The notes beneath the pieces were generated by a model. That model was not told the DNA's origin and did no database searches. It saw only the letters and a program-made list of their open reading frames with translations. From Chloroflexota bacterium (GTDB taxonomy: Bacteria; Chloroflexota; UBA11872): a stretch of DNA of 61,623 bases. The translations under genes were made by a program, and so were the position numbers. Numbering within the stretch: position 1 is the stretch's first letter; each line of letters opens with the position of its first letter. The stretch covers positions 1 to 61,623 of the forward strand of contig JAPPKM010000170.1 of assembly GCA_028874315.1 (NCBI GenBank), read 5' to 3'. Positions 27,767-37,675 of the stretch are shown one piece after another.

Positions 27767-28774
27767 GTGCTGGGGCGCTATCTGGAGCGCATTGACGCGG
27801 AACTCGAGCGCGCCGTGCGCGGGCCCGACATTCCCCTGTACACCATGGCCCGCTACCAGCTGGGTCAGGTGGAGGCGGACGGGTCGCCGGCCAGCGCCGA
27901 TCGCGGCAAGGCCGTTCGACCCACGCTGTGTCTGCTGATGTGCGAGGCGCTGGGCGGCGATCTGGAGGCGGCGCTGCCCGCGGCCGCGGGTCTGGAACTC
28001 CTGCACAACTTCACGCTCGTGCACGACGATGTGATGGATGACGACGAGACGCGTCGTCACCGCCCCACCGTCTGGGTGGTCTGGGGACGACCTCAGGCCA
28101 TCGACGCCGGCGACCTGCTCCACGTGCTGGCGACGCTGAGCGTGCTGCGCAGCGGCCGCAATGGCGCGTCCGCGCCGCTGGCCAGGGACGCCACCGAAGT
28201 GGTTATGCAGGGTTGCCGACTGGTCACCGAAGGCCAGCACCTGGACCTCGCGTTCGAGACCGCCGCGCAGGTGGGCGTGGCCGATTACCTGGACATGATT
28301 TCGCGCAAGTCGGCGGCGCTACTGGCGGTAGCGTTCGAACTCGGCGCCATCTTCGCCGGAAACGACCCGGCCACGCGCACGGCCTGTCGAGACTACGGCC
28401 GGCACGTGGGTATCGTCTTCCAGATTCGCGACGACATGCTGGGCATCTGGGGCGATCCGGCGGTGACCGGCAAGCCGGTCGGCGCGGACATCCAGAAGCG
28501 CAAGAAGACCTTGCCCATCCTCCACGCGCTGGAGACGGCCGCGGAACCGGATCGGACCCGCCTGCGCGCCATGTTCGGGGACAACGAGACTCCGCCCGAC
28601 GTGGAGACGACCATGGCCATTCTCAAACGAGCCGGGTCTCAGAGCTTCACGCGCGATCGGATCCACGACCACGCCACCCGGGCAAGTCAGGCACTCGCAC
28701 GACTGCCCGTGAATCCGTGGGGTCGACGCAACCTCGAGGCCGTGGCGGCCTACATCGCCACCCGCGACCGCTAG
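27767..28774 (+). CDS. polyprenyl diphosphate synthase (FPP/GGPP synthase family)
   Basis: First Asp-rich motif LVHDDVMDDDETRRHRPT and second FQIRDDMLGIWGD. Confidence 0.85.
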   Translation: MLGRYLERIDAELERAVRGPDIPLYTMARYQLGQVEADGSPASADRGKAVRPTLCLLMCEALGGDLEAALPAAAGLELLHNFTLVHDDVMDDDETRRHRPTVWVVWGRPQAIDAGDLLHVLATLSVLRSGRNGASAPLARDATEVVMQGCRLVTEGQHLDLAFETAAQVGVADYLDMISRKSAALLAVAFELGAIFAGNDPATRTACRDYGRHVGIVFQIRDDMLGIWGDPAVTGKPVGADIQKRKKTLPILHALETAAEPDRTRLRAMFGDNETPPDVETTMAILKRAGSQSFTRDRIHDHATRASQALARLPVNPWGRRNLEAVAAYIATRDR

Positions 28775-28808
28775 CTCAACGTCCGTTTCGGCCGGAGTGG
28801 CCCGGGCT

Positions 28809-30128
28809 TCAGCGGGCCGCCTCAACAGCCAGCGGCGTGGGCGTCTTCTGCGAGGCCTCCTCGTACAGCTCCATCAGCGCGGCGGCCAGCGTCGCCGAGT
28901 CGTGATGACGTGGGTCGTTGTGATCGACCACGTCGGCCATCACGGCCTGTACGCCCGTATCCAGCAGCTCAACCTGGACCGCCGGGTCGCATTCGACAAT
29001 TCGCGAACCGCTGCCCGGCTGCACGCCCAGGCTGGTGTTGTTGTTGACCAGCGTGTACTGAAAAAGCCCCGGGCCGACGTTCGAGGTGAGCGATGTCACG
29101 TGGTCAGCCAGGCTGTAGCCGTCGGTTTCGCCAGGCTCGGTGGCCACGTTGCAGACGTACACCTTCACCGCGTTTGAAGCACGCACCGCGGTGGAAATGT
29201 CGCCGACGAGCAAGTTTGGCAGCACGCTGGTATGCACGCTGCCCGGGCCCAGCACGATCATGTCGGCGGCCAGCAATTCATTGACCGCCTCGTTGTTGGC
29301 CGCCACGTACCGTGGCTCGATCAGCACCCGGCGAATTGGCTTGCCGGCGGAGCGGATGCGCGATTCGCCGCGCACGATGGACCCGTCGGTCATTTGGGCG
29401 GCCAAGCGCACGTCGGTCAGAGTCGACGGCAGGATGCGACCTCGCACGCGCAAGACCTCGCTCAGGTCGTTGACCCCACGCTCGAAGTTCCCTTGATTCA
29501 AGTCGGTGATCGCCGCGATCAGCAGATTCCCAAGGCTGTGCCCCTGCAATCCCTGTCCGCGACTGAACCGGTATTCCATGACGTCCTGCATCAACGACTC
29601 GGAATCCGCCAGCGCGGCCAGGCACTGGCGAATGTCGCCGGGCGGCATCAGCCCCAGCTCCTCGCGCAAGCGCCCGGAACTGCCCCCGTCGTCGGCAACC
29701 GTGACAACGGCCGTGATGTTGTTCGTGTATTCCTTCAAGCCACGCAGGAGCACGCCCAAACCCGTGCCGCCGCCGATGGCCACGATCCGAGGCCCGCGTT
29801 GCAAGCGCCGATTCTGGTAGAGAATCTCCGCCAGGTTGTCCCGCGGATCGACCACGACGGACAACACACTGCGCCCGAGCAGGAACGCGCCGGAGGCGGC
29901 GATCAGCAGGCCCAGCACGCCCACGGTGATTTCGCGCACGGGGTGGGCCAGAAACTGCAGCGTCAGGTAGTAGACGACCGTACCCGCCGGCCCGGGAATG
30001 TCGATCGTGCGGTAGACGAAGGCCAGGAACATGGCCATGGCCAACGCCAGAACCACCGTCCCCAGGAAGATGAGCAGCAGGTACCGCTTGACGCCGATTC
30101 CTAGCGTGAGCCAACGACGGGAACGCAT
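28809..30128 (-). CDS. YvcK/CofD-family gluconeogenesis factor with N-terminal membrane anchor
   Basis: RIVAIGGGTGLGVLLRGLK...VVTVADDGGSSGRLR signature of UPF0052/YvcK; two N-terminal hydrophobic segments. Confidence 0.85.
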   Translation of the reverse strand: MRSRRWLTLGIGVKRYLLLIFLGTVVLALAMAMFLAFVYRTIDIPGPAGTVVYYLTLQFLAHPVREITVGVLGLLIAASGAFLLGRSVLSVVVDPRDNLAEILYQNRRLQRGPRIVAIGGGTGLGVLLRGLKEYTNNITAVVTVADDGGSSGRLREELGLMPPGDIRQCLAALADSESLMQDVMEYRFSRGQGLQGHSLGNLLIAAITDLNQGNFERGVNDLSEVLRVRGRILPSTLTDVRLAAQMTDGSIVRGESRIRSAGKPIRRVLIEPRYVAANNEAVNELLAADMIVLGPGSVHTSVLPNLLVGDISTAVRASNAVKVYVCNVATEPGETDGYSLADHVTSLTSNVGPGLFQYTLVNNNTSLGVQPGSGSRIVECDPAVQVELLDTGVQAVMADVVDHNDPRHHDSATLAAALMELYEEASQKTPTPLAVEAAR

Positions 30129-30273
30129 CTATGAGCCTCGAAGTGCAGTATCCGTGCCAAGATTGGCTCGCAGCGTTCGCGAGTATCGAAATGGGCCGGG
30201 CACGTGTCTAAAGCCGTTGGGCATTGGCCAAAAGTATATCGCTGCGGCTCGACGAAAACGCTGGCGGCATCCC

Positions 30274-31101
30274 TTGCCTGACGCCGCCAACATCCGCATC
30301 ATCGCGATGGACCTTGACGGCACGCTGGTCAAAGGCCCGCGGGGCGTTACACGGCGCGTACGCCAGGCAATCGGCGCCGCTCGCGACGCGGGTATCGAGG
30401 TCACCATCGCCACCGGACGGATGTTCCGATCCGCCCGCCGCTTTGCCGCCGACTTGCAGGTGACGCTGCCGATCATTTGCTACCAGGGATCGCTGGTGCG
30501 AGACCCGGTCACCGGAATCACCTACCAGCACGAGGTGCTGCCGACCGGGCCGGCACAGGCGGCCGTCAAATTCGCCCGCGAGCGCGGCCTGCACGTCAAC
30601 GCGTACATCGACGATGAGCTGTACATGGAAGCTGACACGCCGGAGGGCCGGTTCTACGCCGCCAGTTCCAACGTCCCGATCACCTTTGTCGACGATCTGG
30701 CCGCGGCTGTGAGCGCCGGCAGCACCAAGCTGGTGTTCGTGATGGACGAAGACCGCGTCCTGACGGCCATTGCCGACATGGACGGCCGATTCGGACCGGC
30801 GGTGCAAGCCACGCGCTCGCATCCCCGATTTGCCGAAGTCGTCCGGCGCGATGTCAACAAGGGACTCGCGCTGGCGCGTGTGGCCGCCGTGGCGAACGTG
30901 TCGCTGCACCAGACGATGGGCATCGGCGACAACCTCAACGACCTGGACCTCGTGCGGTCCGCCGGCATTGGCGTGGCCATGGGCGACGGTGATCCGCGCG
31001 TGCTGGCGGCTGCCGACTGGATTACCGGCAGCTACGAGGACGACGGCGTGGCCCAGGCGATCGAGCGGCTCCTCAACGGAAGGGCGAGCGGCCAGGCCTA
31101 G
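30274..31101 (+). CDS. Cof-type HAD-IIB family hydrolase (start TTG 30274 or ATG 30307)
   Basis: IAMDLDGTL (HAD motif I), ATGR, GIGDNLNDLDLV (motif IV). Confidence 0.8.
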   Translation: MPDAANIRIIAMDLDGTLVKGPRGVTRRVRQAIGAARDAGIEVTIATGRMFRSARRFAADLQVTLPIICYQGSLVRDPVTGITYQHEVLPTGPAQAAVKFARERGLHVNAYIDDELYMEADTPEGRFYAASSNVPITFVDDLAAAVSAGSTKLVFVMDEDRVLTAIADMDGRFGPAVQATRSHPRFAEVVRRDVNKGLALARVAAVANVSLHQTMGIGDNLNDLDLVRSAGIGVAMGDGDPRVLAAADWITGSYEDDGVAQAIERLLNGRASGQA

Positions 31102-31120
31102 CGGCGGGGACCAGGCGTCC

Positions 31121-33307
31121 TTACGCCGACGGCGTCAACAGCGAATCCGCTTCCTGTTCGGCGGTGTCCGACGGCGGCACCAACGGCAGATCGATGATCA
31201 TCTCCGTCCCCTCGCCTTCCTCGACCTCGACCCTGATGTTGCCGCCGTGCTGGCGGACGATGTCGCTGCACATGGCCAGCCCAAGGCCGGTCCCCTGGCC
31301 GGTGGGCTTGGTCGTGAAGAACGGGTTGAAGATCTTCTCGGCCACGTCTGGCGGCATACCCCCGCCGTTGTCTCGAATCCGGACTTCAATGTGATCTTCA
31401 TGCCGGCGTGTCGCGAGCCAGACGACTGGCATGAACGGTTCTTCCTCGCCGTTCGCCGCAAACGCTTGCCGTCGTTCGTCGGTCGCGTAGCAGGAATTGG
31501 CCACCATGTTCAGGAACACGCGGCCCAGATCCTGGGAAACCACGTTCAGTTCTCCAACCGTGTCATCGAATTCCCGCTCGATACTGAGCTGGACGTTCTG
31601 ATCGGTGCCCCGCGCGCTGTGGTACGCCAGCCGCGCGTACTCGTCCAACAGCTGGTTGATGTCGGTGGGCGACCGGTCCCCGGAGCCCCTGCCCATCGAC
31701 AACATGTCATGCACGATCCGGTTGGCGCGGTCGCCGTGTGAACGAATGCGCGCCAGGTTGTCGGTCAGGTCCTGCGACACCTCTTCGATGAGTTCTTGAT
31801 CAGATTCCGGGAGACTGTCGCCGCTCTCTTCCAAAACCTCCTGCATCTCCTCCAGCAACTCTTCCGAAGCCTCCGCAAAGTTCTTCACGAAGTTCAGCGG
31901 GTTGCGAATCTCGTGCGCCACGCCGGCGGTGAGCTCACCCAGGGCCGCCAGCTTCTCTCGCATGACGATCTGATCCTGGGCTTTCTGCAGGTCGCCCAGC
32001 ACGCTCTCCAGTTGCACGTTTTTGTCTTGCAACTCGTCGGCCAGCTTCTCGACCAGGTTCAGCCGCTGGACCTCCAGCGCGTGGCGGCGAAAGACCTCCA
32101 GGGCCGCGGCCATGTCCGCCACCTCGTCACGGCCGCTCATCTCGACTCGGGTCTCCAGATCGCCACCGGCCATGCGGCCCATCCAGTCGGACAGCATCTG
32201 CAGGCGGCGCAGGAGAAAACGGCCAACAAAGAGCCAGGCAATCAGCAGGGCGCCGCCGATGCTGATGGCGCCGATGACCAGCAGCAGGAAGCGCCCGGTA
32301 GCGATCGTGTCGGTGGAACTCTGCGTCGCCTCCTCCGCGCTGGCATTTGCCGCGCTCACCAGGCCGTCGACCTCGGCCAGCAGTTCAACAGCCTGGGCGC
32401 GGTTGCTCGCCAGCAGGTCTTGTTGGCGCTCCAGCAGCGTGAGTTCCTGTTCAAGAATGTCAAAGCCGCTGGGCTCGCCCGTGCCCACCTCGAAGAGCCG
32501 ATCGAATAGCGGGACGAGATCGGAGTGGAACGGGGAGTCTGACAGCCCATTGAGGTTGCGCTCGATCCGGCGTCCCGAGGCCTCAAATCGCTCGCGCAAG
32601 GGCTCGATCAGCGCAGGACTGGACAACGTGAAGGCACTGGCCAGCAATTGCGTCGCAATATTGACGTCCGACTGCAACTCCGCCAGGCGGCGGTAGCGGT
32701 TGAGTTCAGGCTCGGAAAAGTACACCTGGCGAATCGGCGGATCGGCCTCAAACGTGCGGTAGCCGGTCATCGTGAAGAAGAGTTGATCGTCAAGGGCCGG
32801 CACAATCACGCCTTCGAGGCTGCTGCGCAGATCCTCAAGCTCCGTCCGCAGGGCCTGTCGGCGCTCGTTGAGGTCGAAAAGTTCAAACCGCTCGCGCCGG
32901 ATCGTGTCGATGTTCGAGAGCAGCGTGTCGGCGAAACGTCGAAGCCGTTGGGTCCGCTCCGGGTCACCGCTGCTGCGATTCAGGACGACGAACAGGACCT
33001 CAAGATCCTGGCGCGAACTCTCGATGCTCTGGGCGACGACGTTTACCTCGTCGACAGTTGCGGCCGCCGCCAGTCGCGGCGCGGCCGCAACCAGCGTGCT
33101 GCTGTACTCGGCCACACCGAAGGCGGCGGCCAGTTCGGGCACGCTGCCCTCGTTGACCCGGCTTTGCGCCTCACCCACCTGCGTAAACGACGCCAGGCCA
33201 ACCACACTGGCGGCAATGGTCAGGGCAACGGCGCCGCCGATGCCGAGGTACAGCTGCGTTGACAGGCGATAACGCGCTTCCAGCAGGCGCTTCAATCGGT
33301 CCAGCAT
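31121..33307 (-). CDS. sensor histidine kinase (2 TM, large periplasmic domain, HAMP, HisKA, HATPase_c)
   Basis: 728 aa; HAMP GDLETRVEMSGRDEVADMAAAL, H-box LTAGVAHEIRNPLNFV, G-boxes DNGGGMP and GTGLGLAMC. Confidence 0.85.
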   Translation of the reverse strand: MLDRLKRLLEARYRLSTQLYLGIGGAVALTIAASVVGLASFTQVGEAQSRVNEGSVPELAAAFGVAEYSSTLVAAAPRLAAAATVDEVNVVAQSIESSRQDLEVLFVVLNRSSGDPERTQRLRRFADTLLSNIDTIRRERFELFDLNERRQALRTELEDLRSSLEGVIVPALDDQLFFTMTGYRTFEADPPIRQVYFSEPELNRYRRLAELQSDVNIATQLLASAFTLSSPALIEPLRERFEASGRRIERNLNGLSDSPFHSDLVPLFDRLFEVGTGEPSGFDILEQELTLLERQQDLLASNRAQAVELLAEVDGLVSAANASAEEATQSSTDTIATGRFLLLVIGAISIGGALLIAWLFVGRFLLRRLQMLSDWMGRMAGGDLETRVEMSGRDEVADMAAALEVFRRHALEVQRLNLVEKLADELQDKNVQLESVLGDLQKAQDQIVMREKLAALGELTAGVAHEIRNPLNFVKNFAEASEELLEEMQEVLEESGDSLPESDQELIEEVSQDLTDNLARIRSHGDRANRIVHDMLSMGRGSGDRSPTDINQLLDEYARLAYHSARGTDQNVQLSIEREFDDTVGELNVVSQDLGRVFLNMVANSCYATDERRQAFAANGEEEPFMPVVWLATRRHEDHIEVRIRDNGGGMPPDVAEKIFNPFFTTKPTGQGTGLGLAMCSDIVRQHGGNIRVEVEEGEGTEMIIDLPLVPPSDTAEQEADSLLTPSA

Positions 33308-33309
33308 GC

Positions 33310-34593
33310 TTACGTTCCCGACAGGCTGGCGACCGGGCGGTAACGACCGTCCGCGCCAATCACCGTGAGGAACACCGCGTCGGATCCCTGGTTATCGACA
33401 TCGCCGTAGCGCAGGCTGAAGCCATCGATCTCGTCGGCGCTGCGCAGGCTGTCGAGAAAGCAATCACGGCTCAGGTCGCGTCCGCACCGCTCCAGGCCCA
33501 GGATGGTCAGGCGGCCGGCCAGATAGCCTTCAAACGAGACGAAGCCCGGGACGGCGTCCGGACTGTGCGCGGCCAGCGCGCGATGGTAGGCCTCCACCAC
33601 CGGCAGCGACGTGTCCGTGGGGAAGGGCACAACCTGGGTGACGAACACGCCGGCGCCTTCCGGTCCCAGTTCCTGGGCAAGCGCATTGCTGCCGACGAAC
33701 GAGATGGTCATGAACACGGGAATGAACCCCAGGTGCCGCGACCACGCGACCAGGGCAGCCACCGGCTCATAGGCGCCGACCATGATCACGGCTTCCGGCT
33801 GTCCCTCGCGCAGGTCCAGCATCGCGGTCTTCACGGCCATGGTGTTGCGCGGGTACACGCCAACCGCGGCCAGACTCATGCCCCGCCGCTCCAGGGCGGC
33901 CTGCACGCCGTTATAGCCGGCCCGCCCGTAGGAGTCGTCCTGGTACAGCAAGGCGATTCGGGTGATGCCCAGGTCCTTGGTCAGGCGTTCCACCATCTCC
34001 TCGGTTTCCTGGTTGTAGGAGGCGCGCAAGTTAATGACCACGTGGTGAAGTTCCTCACCGCGCAGGAACGCCGCCCCGGTGAACGGCGCCAGATAGGGCG
34101 TATTGGCCTCAACGGCAACGGGCACGGCCGACCTCGAGGTCGGCGTACCCACCGCGCCGATCAGCGCGAATACGTTCTCCTGCTCGATCAACTGTTTGGT
34201 GTTGGTCACCGCCGCCTCGGGTTCATAGGCGTCGTCAAGCGTCGTCAGCTCGAGGCGACGACCGTGCACGCCCCCGTTCTCGTTCGCCTCCTCAAATGCG
34301 GTCTGGATCCCGAGTCGCATGTTCAGCCCAAGCTCGCTGGCCGGTCCGCTGAACGCGGCCGACTGGCCAAAAAGCACGCGTTCGTCCGAAACGCCGGGCG
34401 TTCCCGAGGACGTTGCGGGGCTCACGACAGCGGCTGGTGCCGCCGTTTCCGTAGCCGCGGCCCGTTGGCCGTCGGGCGTTCCGTTCTCGCCACCCAACGC
34501 GAGGACGGCCCAGAGCACAATGGCCAGGACGCCAAGCCCCCCAGCCCCAAGCGCTAGCAGCCACACCCTGCTCACGGGGGCAAACCGATTCAT
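33310..34593 (-). CDS. periplasmic substrate-binding protein (LivJ/Peripla_BP_6-like), probable co-sensor of the kinase
   Basis: 427 aa with an N-terminal hydrophobic anchor. Type-1 periplasmic binding protein-like sequence (FGQSAAFSGPASELG...); 2-nt gap to the kinase gene and ATGA overlap with the upstream gene. Confidence 0.75.
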   Translation of the reverse strand: MNRFAPVSRVWLLALGAGGLGVLAIVLWAVLALGGENGTPDGQRAAATETAAPAAVVSPATSSGTPGVSDERVLFGQSAAFSGPASELGLNMRLGIQTAFEEANENGGVHGRRLELTTLDDAYEPEAAVTNTKQLIEQENVFALIGAVGTPTSRSAVPVAVEANTPYLAPFTGAAFLRGEELHHVVINLRASYNQETEEMVERLTKDLGITRIALLYQDDSYGRAGYNGVQAALERRGMSLAAVGVYPRNTMAVKTAMLDLREGQPEAVIMVGAYEPVAALVAWSRHLGFIPVFMTISFVGSNALAQELGPEGAGVFVTQVVPFPTDTSLPVVEAYHRALAAHSPDAVPGFVSFEGYLAGRLTILGLERCGRDLSRDCFLDSLRSADEIDGFSLRYGDVDNQGSDAVFLTVIGADGRYRPVASLSGT

Positions 34594-35012
34594 TCCGCTC
34601 GATAGGCGACGAGCGTCAGGTGATTGCGGCCTTCTTCCCGCCGATAGGTCAATTCGTCCATCAACTTTCGGACCAGGAACACGCCCAACCCGCCAATGGG
34701 CCGCTCCTCCATCGGCGCATTCACGTCGGGAACGGGAGCGTCGGTCAGCGGGTCGAACGGCTTGCCGTCGTCAACCATCTCAATGGTCAAGGCGTCGTCC
34801 GTGGTGCTGAAGCTAAACGAGATTTCGTGCAGTCCGCCGTCGTGACCGTGATTGATGGTGTTGATCGCCAGCTCTTCCAGCACCAAGTTGACCTTGCCAA
34901 CCAGCCCCGGCGACCAATTGTCCTCCTCGCCCAGGTGCTCCACGGCCTCCGCCAGCCGAGTCAATTCCTCAAGCCTGGTTTCGATCGTCAGGACTCGCGT
35001 GAGACTCATCAC
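34590..35012 (-). CDS. RsbW/SpoIIAB-like anti-sigma-type serine kinase (HATPase_c_2)
   Basis: 140 aa; N-box ELAINTINHG, G-box GGLGVFLVRKLMD; ATGA overlaps on both sides. Confidence 0.8.
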   Translation of the reverse strand: MMSLTRVLTIETRLEELTRLAEAVEHLGEEDNWSPGLVGKVNLVLEELAINTINHGHDGGLHEISFSFSTTDDALTIEMVDDGKPFDPLTDAPVPDVNAPMEERPIGGLGVFLVRKLMDELTYRREEGRNHLTLVAYRAE

Positions 35013-36178
35013 CCACGCTCCGTTCGACGAAAGGTCAGGCAGGTGATGTCGTCCGACGCCGGGTTGTCGCCCACAAACTCGCTCACCGCGTCAAAAACCG
35101 CCTCGTTAGCCGCCTCTGCGTCGTCCCCGGTGTCCGCCGCCACCGCCGCGCGCAGCCGCTCCAGCCCAAACTGTTCCTCGTCGCGGGTCATGGCTTCGCT
35201 CACGCCGTCCGTGTAGAGCACGATGGTGTCGCCAGGCTCCAGAATGACGCTGTTCTGCCGGTAATCCAGGTCGGGCAACAAGCCCAGCGCAATGCCGCCG
35301 GTCAGGTCAAGCGTCGACGAACTGCCGTCGGGCTTGACCAGCAAGGGCGGGTCGTGCCCACCACTGGCATAGACAAACTCGCCGCTCACCGGGTTGTACT
35401 CCGCATACAGCACTGTCACGAACATCTCGGTCTCGTTGTCCTCGTACAGCAGGTTGTTGACCTCGCGCAGCACATCCCCCGGCCCGGCGGAACCAATCGC
35501 CGCACCCTTGATCAGGGTCCGGGTCGACATCATGAACAACGCGGCCGGCACGCCCTTATCGGACACATCCGCGACCGTCATGCCAATGCGCTCATTCTCC
35601 AGCATCACGATGTCGAAGAAGTCGCCGCCCACGCTTCGCGCCGGTTCCATGTTGGCGAAGACCTGGTAGTGGGGACTGGCCGGAAAGTGGGTGGGAAGAA
35701 TTGATTGCTGCATCTTGCTGGCGACGCTCAACTCGTTCTGCAGGGCCACCAACTGGTCACGCGAGGCTAGAGCCTCCCGCCACTCCATCAGGTGTTGCAG
35801 GGTCCGATCAATCGTCAGTCGCAAGTCCCTGAAATCGATGGGCTTCGTGACGAAGTCGAACGCGCCTCGGTTCATGGCCGTCCGAATGTTCTCCATGTCG
35901 CCATACGCGGAAACGATGATGGACCGAATGTTGGGGTCGACCTTCGGAATCTGTTGAAGCAGCGTGAGGCCGTCCATCTCCGGCATGTTGATGTCCGACA
36001 CCACCATGTCGATATCGTCTTCGTCGTGCAGCCGATCCAGGGCCTCGATCCCGTTGCGGGCAAAAACAAACGTGTACTGGCCCCTCCGGATATTGCGGCG
36101 CATGCGCTGCAACATCAGCGGCTCCAGGTCCGGCTCGTCGTCAACAACCAGGATCTTGTACGGAGGTTTAACTACCAC
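35009..36178 (-). CDS. response regulator with PP2C/SpoIIE phosphatase output (RsbU/HsbR-like)
   Basis: GTG at 36178 after AAGGA gives 389 aa. REC (KILVVDDEPD..SDINMPEMDG..KP) plus PP2C (SVGGDFFD..ADVSDKGVPAA..TDGVSEA). The longer track ORF would overlap the upstream gene. Confidence 0.85.
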   Translation of the reverse strand: MVVKPPYKILVVDDEPDLEPLMLQRMRRNIRRGQYTFVFARNGIEALDRLHDEDDIDMVVSDINMPEMDGLTLLQQIPKVDPNIRSIIVSAYGDMENIRTAMNRGAFDFVTKPIDFRDLRLTIDRTLQHLMEWREALASRDQLVALQNELSVASKMQQSILPTHFPASPHYQVFANMEPARSVGGDFFDIVMLENERIGMTVADVSDKGVPAALFMMSTRTLIKGAAIGSAGPGDVLREVNNLLYEDNETEMFVTVLYAEYNPVSGEFVYASGGHDPPLLVKPDGSSSTLDLTGGIALGLLPDLDYRQNSVILEPGDTIVLYTDGVSEAMTRDEEQFGLERLRAAVAADTGDDAEAANEAVFDAVSEFVGDNPASDDITCLTFRRTERG

Positions 36179-36245
36179 GAGTTCATCCTTGGTATGACCG
36201 CGCCGTAGCCCGGACGGAGAAGCCCCTGCGGGGGGCGAGCGGAGT

Positions 36246-37166
36246 TCAGCTTGTGCATGCGGCCAACGCCTCGGCCTGACTGTCACACACCGGGATGATC
36301 TGATCGAAGCCGCTGACGTTAAAGACCCGGTGGACGTCAGCGGTGACCGAGCAAATGCCAAGCTCGGCGCCCTGCCGGCGCAGCGCTTTGGCCTGACCCA
36401 GCACGACCCGGAGTCCCGCGCTGCTGATGTAGTCGAGCTGCCGGCAGTCCAGAATCATCGCCGTTTCGCAGGCTTTGCTCACGACCGTGAGGGCTGTTTC
36501 GAACCGCCGGATCGTCGTGGCGTCGACGCGCCCTTCCACTGCGACCACGACCACCCCGTCGGGTGTCGCACTCAGCACGGCAAGCTTGACTCGACCTGCG
36601 GAAGACGGCGCGCGTCCCTCCGCGTCGTCGGCGTACAGGCCATCGGGTTCCATGTGAATCAATACCGGCGACCCGACCGACGAGTCGGCCGACATGGCCG
36701 GATCGGACTCAGATGGCACTTCGGCGGAATCATCAACTCGCTCCTTCGTGCGCATGAGCGCCCGGTGTTCCAGGGCCCGCTCGATCGTGGCGCGCAGATC
36801 CTGAAAGTCGATGGGCTTGGTCACGAAGTCAAACGCCCCGCGGTTCATGGCCGACCGGATGTTGTCGATATCCCCGTACGCCGTAACGATCACCGATCGA
36901 ATCTCGGGGTCCACTTCTGGAATCTGCTGGAGTAGCTTCAATCCGTCCATCTCCGGCATGTTGATGTCCGAGAGGACGATGTCGATGTCGTTCTCGCGCA
37001 GTCGCTCCAACGCTTCCACGCCATTGCGGGCGAACACAAACTCAAACTGACCTCTGCGGATGCTTCGACGCATCCGTTGCCGCATCAGGACTTCAAGGTC
37101 GGCCTCGTCGTCGACAACCAGAATCTTCGAGGGGGACGCCGAGTCCACGGTCACACCCGCCGGCAC
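36246..37166 (-). CDS. response-regulator receiver fused to a STAS (anti-sigma-factor antagonist) domain
   Basis: 306 aa. The N-terminal REC looks roughly three-quarters identical by eye to the REC of the downstream REC-PP2C. The C-terminal STAS has the DYISSAGLRV phosphorylation motif. Confidence 0.8.
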   Translation of the reverse strand: MPAGVTVDSASPSKILVVDDEADLEVLMRQRMRRSIRRGQFEFVFARNGVEALERLRENDIDIVLSDINMPEMDGLKLLQQIPEVDPEIRSVIVTAYGDIDNIRSAMNRGAFDFVTKPIDFQDLRATIERALEHRALMRTKERVDDSAEVPSESDPAMSADSSVGSPVLIHMEPDGLYADDAEGRAPSSAGRVKLAVLSATPDGVVVVAVEGRVDATTIRRFETALTVVSKACETAMILDCRQLDYISSAGLRVVLGQAKALRRQGAELGICSVTADVHRVFNVSGFDQIIPVCDSQAEALAACTS

Positions 37167-37215
37167 GCTGGAGATTCACCCGCACCGGGCGCCGTGGCGC
37201 ACGCGCAGGTTCTGG

Positions 37216-37560
37216 CTAGCGCGAACATGCGGCCAGAGCTTCGGCCTGGGAATCATGCACCGGGATGATCTGGTCAAAGCCGCTGACTTCGAGGATCCTG
37301 CGCAGCGAATCCGGCACGGCGCAGACCGTGAGCGTGCCGCCCTTCCGCGCCTGAGCCTTGGTCAGGCCCAGCAGCACACGGAGCGCCGCACTGCTGATGT
37401 ATAAGAGGCTCTCCAGATCCAGAACGATTCCGTTCGTGCCGGCGTCGGCCACGGCTTTTAACACGCGCTCAAATTTCTGGGCGTTGGAGCTATCAACCCG
37501 GCCCTCAATCGCGACGACCATCACTCCGTTCTCCGTGACGTTCACCACGGTCAGATTCAC
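37216..37560 (-). CDS. STAS-domain anti-sigma-factor antagonist (SpoIIAA/RsbV-like)
   Basis: 114 aa; LLYISSAALRVLL; C-terminus VSGFDQIIPVHDSQAEALAA shared with the two paralogues. Confidence 0.85.
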   Translation of the reverse strand: MNLTVVNVTENGVMVVAIEGRVDSSNAQKFERVLKAVADAGTNGIVLDLESLLYISSAALRVLLGLTKAQARKGGTLTVCAVPDSLRRILEVSGFDQIIPVHDSQAEALAACSR

Positions 37561-37675
37561 TTGGTTTCCGGGCTCCTGCCGAGGCTAGACCGGATCCTCC
37601 GCGCAACTGTCCCGGGGTTCCCCGTCTGGCCTCTCGCGGATCGGCCACGTCGCCGTCCGCCACGCACGCCGGGGC

